From: Chrysomallon squamiferum
Lineage: Eukaryota; Animalia; Mollusca
Length of the DNA: 64,000 nucleotides
Reading direction: 5' to 3'
Assembly (NCBI GenBank): GCA_012295275.1
Contig: CM022666.1
Coordinates: 3,224,001 to 3,288,000 of the forward strand
Below the pieces are notes generated by a model. The model was given only the letters and a program-made list of their open reading frames with translations. It was not told the origin of the DNA and did no database searches. Position numbers and translations under genes: made by a program. This document shows positions 16,207 to 30,501 of the stretch, piece by piece (positions within the stretch are counted from its first letter, which is position 1; each line of letters begins with the position of its first letter).

Positions 16207-16709
16207 TCTCTTTTATATTTTATTTACAGTTCCTTTTTTGGTTTGTGTTTTTAAATTTCTAAAAGAATATAGCAGTATATATATATATATATATATATTT
16301 TTTCCCCTTTACATAGGATATATATATATTTTGGATATTTTATATAGGATTTATATATACATATATATATATATATAAACAAATAAGTAAAAGAAGGGAA
16401 AAATATGAATAATAAATAACGAAATTAAATGAATAAAAAGAAGCTATTATTCATCTTTATTCTCTTTTCTCTTGTTTCATTTTAATGATGAACAAAAAAT
16501 AAAATAAAAAATAAAAAATAAAGAATAATAATAAAAAAAATAATTGAAACAAACAAAAAAGAAAGAAAGGAAAAAAAAAGGTATTATTATTTTTTTTTAC
16601 AAATTATTATTGATTGTAAATGTGTTTATAAGTATGTGATTGATTTCTCGACGGATCGATGGATTTTAATCAATCGATAAGGGTGGACGGATGAAGAGAG
16701 ATAAAATTA

Positions 16710-17394
16710 TAAAGAGAGACAGAACGAGAGAGTGTGACAGAAAAAGTGATTGATGGAGTGACAGTGAAAGAAAAATGACAGATAGAGAGAAGAGAAAAAG
16801 ATAGCGATAGAGAGCAGCAGAGACAGAAGTGAAGGAGAGATAAAAAAAGAAAGTATTAGAGAGAGAGAGACAGAGAGAGATGTTGGAAGGAGACTTAACG
16901 AAGGGAGACAGAGACACACATGGAGAGAGAGAGAGAGAGGGAGACAGAGAGAGTGAGAGAGAGATGGGGAAGGAGGCAAGAGAGAGAGAGACAGAGACAG
17001 AGAGAGAGAAGGAGAGTGGGAGAGAGACAGAGACAGAGAGAGTGAGAGAGAGACAGAGAAAGAGAGAGAGACAGATACAGAGAGAGAGACAGAGACAGAG
17101 AGAGAGTGGGAGAGAGACAGAGACACACAGAAAGAGAAGAGAGGGAGACAGAGAGATTGAGAGACAGAGAGACAGAGACAGACAGAGAGTGAGAGAGAGA
17201 AACAGACTGAGAGTGAGAGAGAGAAACAGAGACACAGAGAAAGAGACAGAGACAGAGACAGAGAGAGAGCGAGAGAGAGTGAGAGACAGAGAGAGAGTGA
17301 GAGAGAGACAGAGACAGAGAGAGAGCGAGAGAGAGAGTGAGAGACAGAGAGACAGAGACAGAGAGAGACTGAGAGAGAGAGACAGAGAGAAAGT

Positions 17395-17471
<77 letters not shown>

Positions 17472-17488
17472 CGAGAGAGAGAGAGAGG
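16710..17488. repeat. Long degenerate (GA)n/(GAGACA)n polypurine tract
   Basis: Seen directly. It explains the SLSL and ERER ORFs. Confidence 0.95.
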
Positions 17489-17971
17489 AAAAGCTTACTA
17501 TCATACAAAAACGCTACAGTTTTCTAACATCGTAAGATCTTTATTTCTCTGTGAGGATGTAGGCAGGATGCACTCGATACCATCTCCTCATCTTTTCATT
17601 AACCTCGTCTCTTCTGTACAGTCGTGTCTATCTCTCTCAGTAGTGAACTGCCCTGCTTCTGAATCCTCGATCTTCTTGCGTTTGTGATTAAATATTTTTG
17701 GTTTCGTATCAGGATTTTTTTTTTTTTTTTACCTTTACCTATAAAAATAAAGATATACTTGTCTGTATCTTTAAATAAAATGTATGAGAATTAACGTTTG
17801 AAATTTTCAGTGATAGAATGAAAACGAATGCACAGTCCTGTTTTTGGGTTAAATCAGTTATGAAATTCGTAGAGAACGAAGTTAGAAATGTATGAGTATT
17901 GTTTATATCGAGCCTGTTGTTTTGAAAGAAATGTTAAGAAGGACTTGAGAATGATGAACTTCTAAAGTAAA

Positions 17972-17972
17972 A

Positions 17973-18039
<67 letters not shown>

Positions 18040-18369
18040 GTAATAATAATATAAATAAAATAATAATAATAATAATAACAATGATAATAATAATTGCAAT
18101 GATAATAAAAAGAATAATAATAATGAAAATAATATAATAATAATAATAATAATAACAGTAATAATTGTAATAATAATAATAATAGTAATAATAATGATAA
18201 TAATAACGATGATAATGATAACAATAATATTAATAATAATTGTAATAATAATAGTAATAATGATAGTAATAATAGTAATAATAATAATAGTAGTAGTAGT
18301 AGTAGTAGTAATAATAATAACAATAATAATAACAATAACAATAACAACAACAACAACAACAACAACAAC

Positions 18370-18425
<56 letters not shown>

Positions 18426-18435
18426 TAATCATAAT
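17972..18435. repeat. Compound (AAT)n/(AGT)n/(AAC)n microsatellite
   Basis: Seen directly. Confidence 0.95.
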
Positions 18436-18753
18436 AAAAAAAAAAAAAAAAAAAAAAATGAATAACACCAATCCAGTCATCCAACGTTGGGGATCGATCT
18501 AAGGACGCTGTGAACACTGGTATCAGACTGGTACAACGTTCAAACACCGTGTTGTACGCTGTTTACAGAGATCCAGTCATACGTTCATCTACGAACAGAT
18601 GGCAACAAGGCACGGAATTCAACGATACCTTATTGACATTTGAAAAAAAAAAAAAAAAAAAAAAAAAGATAAAGACTCGCTTTTAAATACCGCACATGAA
18701 ATATTAACACGTTAATGAATCACATCCATTCACATCGTCATGTATTATTATAA

Positions 18754-18784
<31 letters not shown>

Positions 18785-19119
18785 AACCATCTTGAATCTG
18801 GGTGCTGCTCGAAATAATTAAAACATCTCACCTCTTTTTAGATTCCGTTCAGTTCCTAACCGCCAGGTGAGTGTTGTAGAAATTTCAGAAAGAAAGGTGG
18901 AACAATTACATGCTCCGTTGAACCGTCTGATCCTGCCTGCAAGAATTATGAATATTAAATATTAATCGGCGAGAAAAAATAAGAGGTAAAAACACAAAAC
19001 AAAACAAAAATGTATTTGTTGGGTTCTTGGTTTCTGTGTGTGTGAGTTAGTGCACGTTGAATGACCATGTGTGTAATTTTTTTTTTTTTTTTTTCAATAA
19101 ACGTGTCGGAATACATAAT

Positions 19120-19316
19120 TACAGTGGTTTTTAAATATATAAAAAAATAAAAAAGAATAAAGAAAGAATGAAAGAAAAAAGGTTTATGATTATTACGATA
19201 TGATGTTTATGATTTTGAATACAGTGGTTTTTAAATATATATAAAAAAAGAATAAAGAAAGAATGAAAGAAAATTGTTTTATGATTATTACGATACAATG
19301 TTTATGATTTTGAATA
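19120..19316. repeat. Tandem duplication of about 100 bp
   Basis: TACAGTGGTTTTTAAATATAT...AAGAATAAAGAAAGAATGAAAGAAAA...TTTATGATTATTACGATA..ATGTTTATGATTTTGAA occurs at about 19120 and about 19220. Confidence 0.9.
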
Positions 19317-19599
19317 TTATGAATTTATTTTCTTTTGTTGTAAGATCTGTTCTGTTGAGAATTAGTTTAAGAATATGTCTAATTTATTTTCTCTTTTACA
19401 GAAGTTGCATTTGATTGTTGTAAATATTTAGGATGTGAAATTAAAGATGATAAAATTATCATCGTTATCATGATCGTGATCATCGTCATAATCATCAACG
19501 ACAACAGATTTACAAATTCATCTAAAAAGAAACCAGTAACGACACCACAGACGACATTCAAAAACAACAACAACAACAACAACAAAAAAAAAAATAATA

Positions 19600-19631
<32 letters not shown>

Positions 19632-20862
19632 TAAATACAAAAAAAATAAAAAAAAAAAAAAAAAAATAATAATATAAAATTAAAAAGAAGAAGAATGGGA
19701 ATATTAAAAAAAAAAAAAAAATAAAAAAAAATAAATAAAACAACAAAACATCGCGTGCTCTTCATAATCCAGACAAAGCCACGAAGACACGAAAAAAGAG
19801 CCCCAGTGATTACCGTGACGTGAAAACCAATGGCAATAAACCATAGCTAAAATTATTTTCTTTCACCGATGTATCATTTCCACCATATTTTACTACTGTG
19901 AACCTTTGCGTGAGTTCAGAGCCTGGTAAAAAAAAAATGAATTTCGTTGCGTGAGACCAGACCGAGAATGGGAACCAGGGGAAACAAAAAAAAAAAATAT
20001 GGGCAGTTCCGGTCTGTGTAATTAAGGCCCTTGCATCTCTAATAAAGAAGACTTCGTACTCTAATTATCGAGACTATGCACTGATGACTAATGACGTTGT
20101 GCGATATGTAATAACTTTTGGTCTGGTTTTGTTTCTGTGTCATTGTGCCAAGCTCCAAAAACGAAACGAAAAGGGGTGGTAGTAGCTGCAGTGAGGTAGC
20201 TTGTAGCGTAGGGGAAGGTGATGATGATGATGATGATGATGACGTCAAAAATAATAACAACAATAATAACAAAAATATTATTATTACTATTCTACAACTA
20301 CTATAACAAAAACAACTACAACGACAACAATAAGAGCTGTTTGTAGTACTGTAACTATAAGTATTGCTACTTGTACTACTACTATTCATACTATTACCAC
20401 TACTACTATTACTATTACTACTACTCCTAATACTAGTATCACTATTACTACTATTACTGCTACCGCTACTACTCCTAATATTACTGCTATATTATCAATT
20501 ATATTACAATTACTACTATTACTACTATGACCACAACTTTTACTGCTTCTACTACTACTACCTCTACTATCACTATTATTACTATTATTATTACTACTAC
20601 TGTTACTACAGCTAGCACCACAACTTTTATTACAACTGTTACTACTACTACGTCTCAATCTAAAAACGTCAACTGCAGCAGTTACCAGTGTTCCTACTAC
20701 GACTACTTCGTCTTGATTATGTAATCATGTAACGTCTACAGGGCAATTTTAAAAGCAATTTTTTAAAAATTTAAATCTTGCGAGGCCCCACCCATGGGCG
20801 TGGTCACAAAGCAATACGTCAGTCGGTGCATTTAAATCGTTGATGAAGTGTACCAATACTGC

Positions 20863-20916
20863 ATGCATTTATATGTAACGAACTTGATGATTGGCTATTT
20901 TGAATCTGTGACTGTT
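20863..20916 (-). repeat. Dispersed repeat copy A (inverted relative to 24714-24767); probable non-autonomous DNA transposon fragment
   Basis: These 54 bp are the exact reverse complement of 24714-24767 (AACAGTCACAGATTCAAAATAGCCAATCATCAAGTTCGTTACATATAAATGCAT). Confidence 0.85.
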
Positions 20917-21421
20917 TGCGAGAAAAGAGAAAAGAGAAAAGAAAAAATTTCCCATCGTAGCTGTTCTCAACGTCATCGACATCGTCAGCTACAACAATGA
21001 AATGAGCAAAGCAGGAGCAGACGCTGTCAGGATTAGGATTAGGATTAGAATTAGGGGACTGCACGACAGAAATACCTGTTATTAAATAATTCATGTTACG
21101 GCTTATTGCAATTAAATATATTTTTTAATTTCTGCTGTTTTGGATTTTACGATTTGCAAACCTTATTTTATAAAAAAAGAAAGAAAAAAGAATACGGCGA
21201 CAACAACAACAACATGAAAACGGCGATAGCAACATAAAGAGATGCACATGATAATATAATCTTGGTGCATTCTGAAAATACATTTTTAAACAGCTGATTC
21301 ATACATGTTATTTATAGTGTTTGTAACAAAACTCTCGAGCACCCTCCCCATCTCTCCGCCTGTTTTAGTATTACTGAGAAAAATGAGATTATTTCCTTGA
21401 ATAACTTCAACAAAAACATTT

Positions 21422-21460
<39 letters not shown>

Positions 21461-22232
21461 AAAAAAATATTCGCGAGCGAATTTAAAGGCGGGAAAAAAG
21501 GCGTGCACGCCTGGCGTGTTTTTCCGAGAGTAATTGGCAGACGACACGCTATTTTTCACGTGCAGCGAATGAATCTCACGTGCATCTTAATCGGCTGCTT
21601 TTCTGGCCTTCGGCATACCGTGTCCGAACGTCCTAGGAAGGTATAATTATGGAGAAAGTGTGTCGGGAAAAAAATATAACAAAACAAAACAAAACAAAAA
21701 AGACTGGAAAAAAAAAAGAAAAAAAGAAAAGAAATTACGCCATCTACATCTGCTAATATTACATGCAGTTGGGTTGTCTCCACTTAGTACAGATGCCAGC
21801 CAAAAGGTAATTTGATAAATATATAATTTCTTGTTACGGTGGCTTTTAGGATTTTAAACCATACATGTATTTTTGACTGTTCGTTTTTTTTTTTCATTTG
21901 TTTTTCTTTTAATTATTATTTATTTTTCGTTTAATCAGTCATTCCTTTCAGTTGCTCTTTCTTTCTCTAATTTCTTCTTTTTGTACAATTTTTTATTTTT
22001 TTATTTTTTTCATTTGTTTTTGTGTTCTTACTTAATTCGTCATCGTCTCTTTAATTCTTATTTTACGACTTTTTTTTTTTTTTTACTTTGTTCCTCTCTT
22101 ATTTCATTTTCTCAGATGTGGAAACAAATTTCATAAAAAAAACCCAAACAAGTTAAGTAAAATAAAAACTACAAAACGAACAAAGCAAACAAACGACAAA
22201 ACAAATTATAATAATAATATTTAAATTAAATG

Positions 22233-22545
<313 letters not shown>

Positions 22546-22568
22546 CTATGACTTTATACATAAAATCA

Positions 22569-22612
<44 letters not shown>

Positions 22613-23212
22613 CAACAACAATCATCATCATCATCATTATAATAATAATAATAACAATCTTCCTCTAGCGGGAATTGAACTTTAGTCCAAACAAACCCAC
22701 CGCTGGCTGACACCAGTGGAAACAAACAGGCAGTAATGAATCGGATTCTAAAACGCCGAACTATTTAACGTCACGTTACGCTGATGAAGAAAAGATATTC
22801 TTTAACCAGCGAGCTAGGAAGAAACCTGATTTCACCGCCTAAAGAGTTGTTAATGGCGGTCTGGTTTTGCAATTTCCTTCGTATACTTCGCGCGTATTCG
22901 TAGGCCGATCAACATGTTTATAATCCATCAGTATTTTCTGCGAAAAGACTTGATTCTTCGCATCAAATTCATAAATAAGCTTTAATGGTTATAGAATTGG
23001 AGAGCTAGGAAATGGGAAGCACAGACACGGTTATTGGGAAAGCATATGTCGTGTTGGTGTCTATATCTGCTTTAGCGTGTGTACATAGATGTAGATACGT
23101 AGATACGTAGATACTTGCGTATGTATGTTCGTATCTCTCATTCTGTGTGTCTACTTGCTTGAATGTCTGTCTATACACATATATTCATATATACTGACAT
23201 ACAAACACATGC

Positions 23213-23251
<39 letters not shown>

Positions 23252-24713
23252 TACATACATAGATATATAGATAGATAGATACATATATACATAGATAGAT
23301 AGATAGATACATACATACATACATACATCAATACACACATATATACATACACAAAAATATGCATACATCATACATACATATATTCATACATACACACACA
23401 CACATACATACATACACACACATATATACATACATACATACATTAACATATAGGAATCATTCAAAATCACTCGGTAATCAAAAAAAAAAAGAAAAAAAAT
23501 CAAGCATCTAAACTCAGTTCCTTTTTTAAACGTACTCACTTCTCTCGAACCAAACACGTGGTTATATATATATATAAAAAAAAAGAATTTTTTTTTTTAT
23601 AATCAATTCAATTTGTTCCTGTACTTCATTACCGGGCTTTCAAAAAAAAAAAAAGCCAAGCACGCTTTGCATGGGCAAGACACCTGACCGTTAAGTTACG
23701 AGTCTTTAAATTGACGTAGACGCTTTGACCCCTAACATTCTCTTTCTATTATAGTCTTCTTTTTTTTTTCACCCCCGTCCCCTTCCTCCACTGACGTGCA
23801 CACATGGTCTGTCCTCTTTCACTCTTTAACCCTTTAACCGCCGAGTCGGTTTTAATCGGCATTAAACGTCGCAATGGTCAAAACCGTTAAAGTGTCAAAG
23901 CTCGCATGGGAAATCATCTGCATTGCATATATTACGTGATACAAAGGTGACGTTATAGCGGCTACAGCGACGGCATTATTTACGAGGGTAATAATTACGA
24001 GGAGTTTCGTCTACGTTTTACCGATGTCTGGTGATGTTACAAAGAGACGGCATTACAGCAGCAGCAACAACAACGACGACAACGACGATGACGTTATACC
24101 AAAATAATGATTGCTAAGAATTTGTTTAGTGTTTCTAATTATTATGTATTACCGGTTGTAGTTGCGTGTAATAAACAGTGCATGGCACAACGTTACAACA
24201 ACTACAACAACGTCGCGTAATACCTTCGCGCAACTGTGATTACGTTGACGGTGATGTTTCGTATAACAGCACAGCGACGTCGTTTTAACAACGACGACAT
24301 CCAGTGATGAGAATTATTTTAGCGGCATTTCCAAAATGACGTTTAAAAGGGAATTTCTTATGGTAATAAAGTGACAGCGTTGTAACAGCTACAACGATGA
24401 CGACGGTATCAACAATACTTCATAATTCCGATTACGTATTAACGTTTGTATTATCCAAAAAAATTATAATGTGATTTTCAAAATGTTAACCAATCAAATC
24501 ACTGTAATAATAGTAATTGTAAGGCTTTTAACCAATCAGATCACATTCATAATAATATTAGCCGAGATATTGAAATCAGTCAGCTATTTCTGTATTAAGC
24601 TGGCTTGTATATTTCGTTTACCAGATCATCACGAAAAAATTTAGGTGAAATATACAAGATCACAACAAAACTGTGCTGTATTCATTTCAGTCGAAAAAAA
24701 ACCCGAAATATTC

Positions 24714-24767
24714 AACAGTCACAGATTCAAAATAGCCAATCATCAAGTTCGTTACATATAAATGCAT
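24714..24767 (+). repeat. Dispersed repeat copy B (inverted relative to 20863-20916)
   Basis: Same 54-mer. The ORF track shows QSQIQNSQSSSSLHINA in both 20819..21094(-) and 24605..24823(+). Confidence 0.85.
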
Positions 24768-26012
24768 ACAGGATCGGTCCATTTAAAAATAACGGTTCAT
24801 TCATCGCACGACATTTAGTGTAAATTAATAACACAGGAATCGAAACCGAAACTAACTGTTCACTGATTGCTGGTTTCGTAATTTCCTGATATACGAGTTC
24901 AGATTTAAAGCTGCAGTTTTACTGGACTAATTCTAGTGTAACTTCATCGCAGAGGAATCGAAACTTGATTTAATGGTGTATAATTAACAGATATTTATAT
25001 ATTTGATTACCGACGCTTTGTTTAGAAACGGCCACACCTCCGGTGTCACTTTTCACCGGTTGTCATGGTGACACTATTGTTCAGATCCACCAATTTACCG
25101 TTATGGTTATAATTAGGTGTCGTTCGGAGTAATTTGCATAAGGGTTGAGTTGATTACTAAATCCGTTCCAGATTCTACGTGAAAATAAAATTATTTAAAT
25201 CTTGTTGGATTGTCGTAATAATTGTTAACTTTGAAGTATTATTATCGTCATCATCATCATCATTATTATTACTACTACTACTGGAATCGTGATTTTTATT
25301 TGAGAATAAGTAAATGTAAGTTATATCAATATTTAATTCTTCTTTTTTTCACCATCCATCTATCCGTCAATCTGTCTGTTTGTCTATTTATGTATCTGTA
25401 TTAGTCTGTATGTCTGTCTGTATGTGTGCATGCAAATCCTTTAACAACAAATATCGTATCATTTATTCAATTCAAAACTTGTTATACTTAACACTATCAT
25501 TTATCAAACTAATCAGTCATACAGACACACACTGACAGACACACGATGCTACAGACGTCGTCCCAGAATCGTCCCACACGTCGCTTTGGGCTGTTACGTG
25601 CACATCGCAACTGCACCAACTCACCACATCAACAACGGCACGCAAATCACCGTGTCGCGGACAGCATTGCTGCAAGATCGACGGAGGTACCTTCCGCCAT
25701 CTTTGAAAAAAATAAAAGTGACGTCACGTGATGCCGGGTCGTACTTTCCGGAGATAAAAAAAAATCTTTCCGCTTGCAACGTAGATCTGTGAGGAAGGCA
25801 GCTGCGGTGCTCCGAGTCTCCAGTGAAGAGTTTACGACACAGAAGTGACGCGGTGTGTTAAGACTCTGCTTCGCTTGTAATCGGGCAAGACTCGATTGCA
25901 ATCTGCCGCGAGTGACGAGATGGCCGAGTGTCGTGTTACGAGCTCAACACGTCGATTAAACAGACAGGGGCCGCTGCAGAGGTTGTTTGACGGCGCATAT
26001 GTTGTCTGTAAA

Positions 26013-26215
<203 letters not shown>

Positions 26216-26383
26216 ACAGTCACAGAAGGTTCCCCTTTGTGAAATCTAGGATATGCCTGCTGATTCGAGTTGTTAGCTCGTGTAATTCTGTTCATTTCCT
26301 TTATCCTTTGTTATTGTAACAATAAATACAAAGAAAGAAGAACAGGAGGAGGAGGAGGAAGAAGAAGAAGAAGAAGAAGAAGA

Positions 26384-26441
<58 letters not shown>

Positions 26442-26558
26442 CTGTCATTCTTTTTTCTTATTTATTTCCTTTTTCTTCTTTTTCTTTTACCGTCATCATA
26501 TTTTCTTCTTTTCTTCATTTTCTTTTATTTCTTCTGTTTTATCAACAGTGAAAGTTAA

Positions 26559-26623
<65 letters not shown>

Positions 26624-26827
26624 CAACAACAACGACAACTACAATAGCAATAACATTATAATATAAATAAGAAATTAATGACATTAGAACACACATGTGT
26701 ATTGCTGATCTGAATAATAATTAAAGGTAAGAGAAAGAAAAAAAAATGTATTAAAAATGCGATACATTATGTCGGGGAAAAAAAAAAAAAAAAAACAACA
26801 ACAAAAGAACAACTCATTAATGCTATA

Positions 26828-26864
<37 letters not shown>

Positions 26865-26880
26865 TATTTATATATATATA

Positions 26881-26915
<35 letters not shown>

Positions 26916-27711
26916 AAAATAAAAAATACAAAAACTACTAATAGTTTTTTACAAAAATATAAAAATAAAATAAAACATAACACATAACACAGCTATTAAC
27001 GACCGTACTTATTTTTTTTATCCTTCATCAAAACACTTTTCTTGTAGCGAGAACCCGTTATTGGTGTTACCGCACAATCTTATCGCGCAATCTTACACTG
27101 AACACAGTCATTAACGCCCGTTATCATTTTAATTAACATTCATTTGTTCAGGTGAGACAATAATTGTGATGTATATTACCTGAAACGGATCCGGAGTTGA
27201 CGACATTGTGTACGCAATTGAACAACGGCGATAAAACGGGAAACAAAAGCTTAACCCTGTTGGCGACGCGAATGCATCTGAACCTCAATAAGCAGACAAC
27301 GGATTGAAGAAAAGATGCGTTCACTGATAGGGCGTGTAACAGGTGATGCAAACTGTTATAATAATGTTGTTGTTTTTTTTGTTTAATGTTTTTTTAAAAT
27401 AACGGTACGATCGACCGACATAGTGACGCAATACTTACGTGAATGCACTTTTGGAGATTTCATACTGATTCATTCTTCCGCCCGTCTGTCATTTCGTCTC
27501 TCCGTCCATCCGTCCATCCGAACATTCATCCGTTCATCCTTTCGTCTATCCGCTCAGCCACCCGTCCATTTGTACATACGTATATCCATCAGTACTTACT
27601 TTATGTGTATACACATGTAATCATACACACAAGCACACAAAAGTATACATAAATACAAACACAGATTTACACATACATACTTACATAGATACATATATAC
27701 GTAGGTACGTA

Positions 27712-28357
27712 GATACATACATACATACATACATACATTCACACACATACATACATACATACATACATACATAAATACATACATTCACACACATACTCAT
27801 ACATACAAACATTCATACATACATACATACATACATACATACATACATACATACATACATACATACACACATACATACATACATACATACATACATACAT
27901 ACATACATACATACATACATACACACACATACATACATACATACATACATACATACATACATACATACATACATACATACATACATACATACATACATAC
28001 ATACATACACACACACATACATACATACATACACACATACATACATTCATACATACATATATACCATACATACATACATACATACATACACACATACATA
28101 CATACACACATACATACATACACACATACATACATACATACATACATACATACATACACATACATACATACATACATACCATACATACATACATACATAC
28201 ATACATACATACACACATATATACACACACATACACACATACATACATACATACATACATACATACATACATACATACATACATACATACATACACACAT
28301 ACATACATACACACATACATACATACATACATACATACATACATACATACATACATA
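27712..28357. repeat. (CATA)n tetranucleotide array, about 650 bp
   Basis: Seen directly. It explains the MYVC and YIHT ORFs. Confidence 0.97.
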
Positions 28358-29389
28358 CAAAGGGTGATACAAGATCTGGTCTCTTACAAACAAAATTATC
28401 CTAGATACTCAGAATTTCATCTTTGGTGCCCATTTTCCAAGATGGCCACCATTTGGCTCATACAGTTCTATAAGCTTTATTGTACAGTGGACAGATTAAT
28501 GACGTTTTTCAGGTGATTCAGAGACACTGAAAATAAAAGGTCGAGATTTCTGCTCAAATATGTGTGTGTGTGGGTATACATATATCAAATGTATGCACGT
28601 ATGTATGTATTATAATTGAAAAATAAAATAAAATAAAATAAAATAAAATAAAATAAAATAAAATATTCTAAGTGGAAAGCAAACCAGTACGATTCATGTG
28701 TGTTTTGTACTATTCATCTCTGTACGTCCATCCATCAGTAAATCCATCCATATATCATTCATTCATCCATCCATCCATCCATCCATCCATCCATCAATCA
28801 ATCAATCCATTCACTATTAAACTCAAAACTCGTATGCAAATTATATGGGCACAGCGGTATCAGCTGACAGACTTTTACAAAGGGGAGGTAATTTGCATAT
28901 TCATACTTACGTCATTGCAAAAATAGTTTTTCTCTTCTTTTTTTTTTTTTATGTACTTCACAGATGGTGCACATATTACTGGAAACAAATGAAAAAGTGT
29001 AATGAACGCAGATCATGAACAGTTTTCAAAACTAGTTTTTTTTTTTATTCGTACTACTGGAGCATGCAGTATAAAAAAAAAAACACAACGGCAACAATAA
29101 TATCGGCTTTGAATTTCGTTTCTTTAATCTCTTTAATTTTTCATCAATTCTCGATCATGTCGAGATCTGTAGCGCGTGCATTTCACGTGCACTTTAGATA
29201 CACGTTTAGATATTAAATGAAAGAGATCGGTAGATAAAAAAAAAAAAAAAAAAAAAGTGTTAGATGTGTAGAGATAGGAAAAGCGAACATAAATAAAATG
29301 ACAGAGATTTAGAAAAGGGAACAAACTGAGAGCCGGACTGACATACAAAGAGACCGACAGACGGATTAATAGATGGAGGGATTATTACC

Positions 29390-29424
<35 letters not shown>

Positions 29425-29864
29425 CATGATAATAATAAAAACGTATATTTGCATACATATATATTTTATGCATGCATGTATTTGCATGTATGTTTGTGGT
29501 TATGTATGTTATTAAGTATATGTGTGTGTGCGTGTGTGCCTGTGTGTATCTGCATATGTATCTATGTATGTGTGTGTGTGTATCATGTATATATGTGTAT
29601 AGGCATGTATGTATGTATGTATGTATGTATGTATGTATGTATGTATGTATGTGCATGTGTGTGTGTGTTTGTATATATATGTTTGCTTGTATGTACGTAC
29701 GTTTTTTTTATGGTTGTGTGTACATCTGTTTAGCTAATTTTCAACAGCAAAGATAAAAAAAAACCCGCTTTTCATTTACGGTTTTCATTTCAAAGATTTT
29801 AAGTAGATGAGACAACGTTTCAATTTACTGGGACGGGTGAAAAATATATTAAAGAGAAAAGATG

Positions 29865-29906
<42 letters not shown>

Positions 29907-30458
29907 CATTAAAAAGAAAAGATAAAAAAACCCACGAAATTAAAAAAGAAAGAACAAAAATTTCAACGACCTTAAACATTTAAGCTCGGGTTGATAAGTG
30001 TTCTTTGAACTGTTATCAAAACTGGCGTTATTTCAAACAGAACTCATTTAAAAAACAATCTGATTTTTATCGCGCTATACATATACACACACGTACATAC
30101 GTATACACTTACTTTTTTTTTTTTTGGTGATGCGGTGCATTTGTGAGGTCTGGCCCCGAGTCTGGTGGAGATTTCTTGATCAAAGACCCGTTCTGATGCG
30201 TTCGGTCATCTTTCCCCCATAAAGGTCCGCCGTTTAACGCCCACAGTCATCTGTGTCTTATTATTTCGGAAAAATGGATTTTGTTTGACGGTTTCTCTTT
30301 AAATGAAAGTAGACAGAGTCTGCTGAACGAAACTGACTTTCGTGGCGATCTTGTCACTTGGTTTAAAACTGACGTACGAAGAAGCTGACGACGCTGATAG
30401 TGATGATGATGATATTGTCGAAGCCGACCACGACAAACTACGACTACGACTACGATTA

Positions 30459-30501
<43 letters not shown>

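Noticed and set aside
17540-17740. Possible minus-strand exon (TTTTTATAG acceptor at 17740-17739; KRKKIEDSE-like peptide)
   Set aside because: It contains an A16 run, reading frames close quickly, there is no recognisable homology and no partner exons.
21029-21057. GGATTA/TTAGG repeats resembling telomeric sequence
   Set aside because: Only about 4 imperfect TTAGGA units, not a TTAGGG array. It is a short simple repeat.
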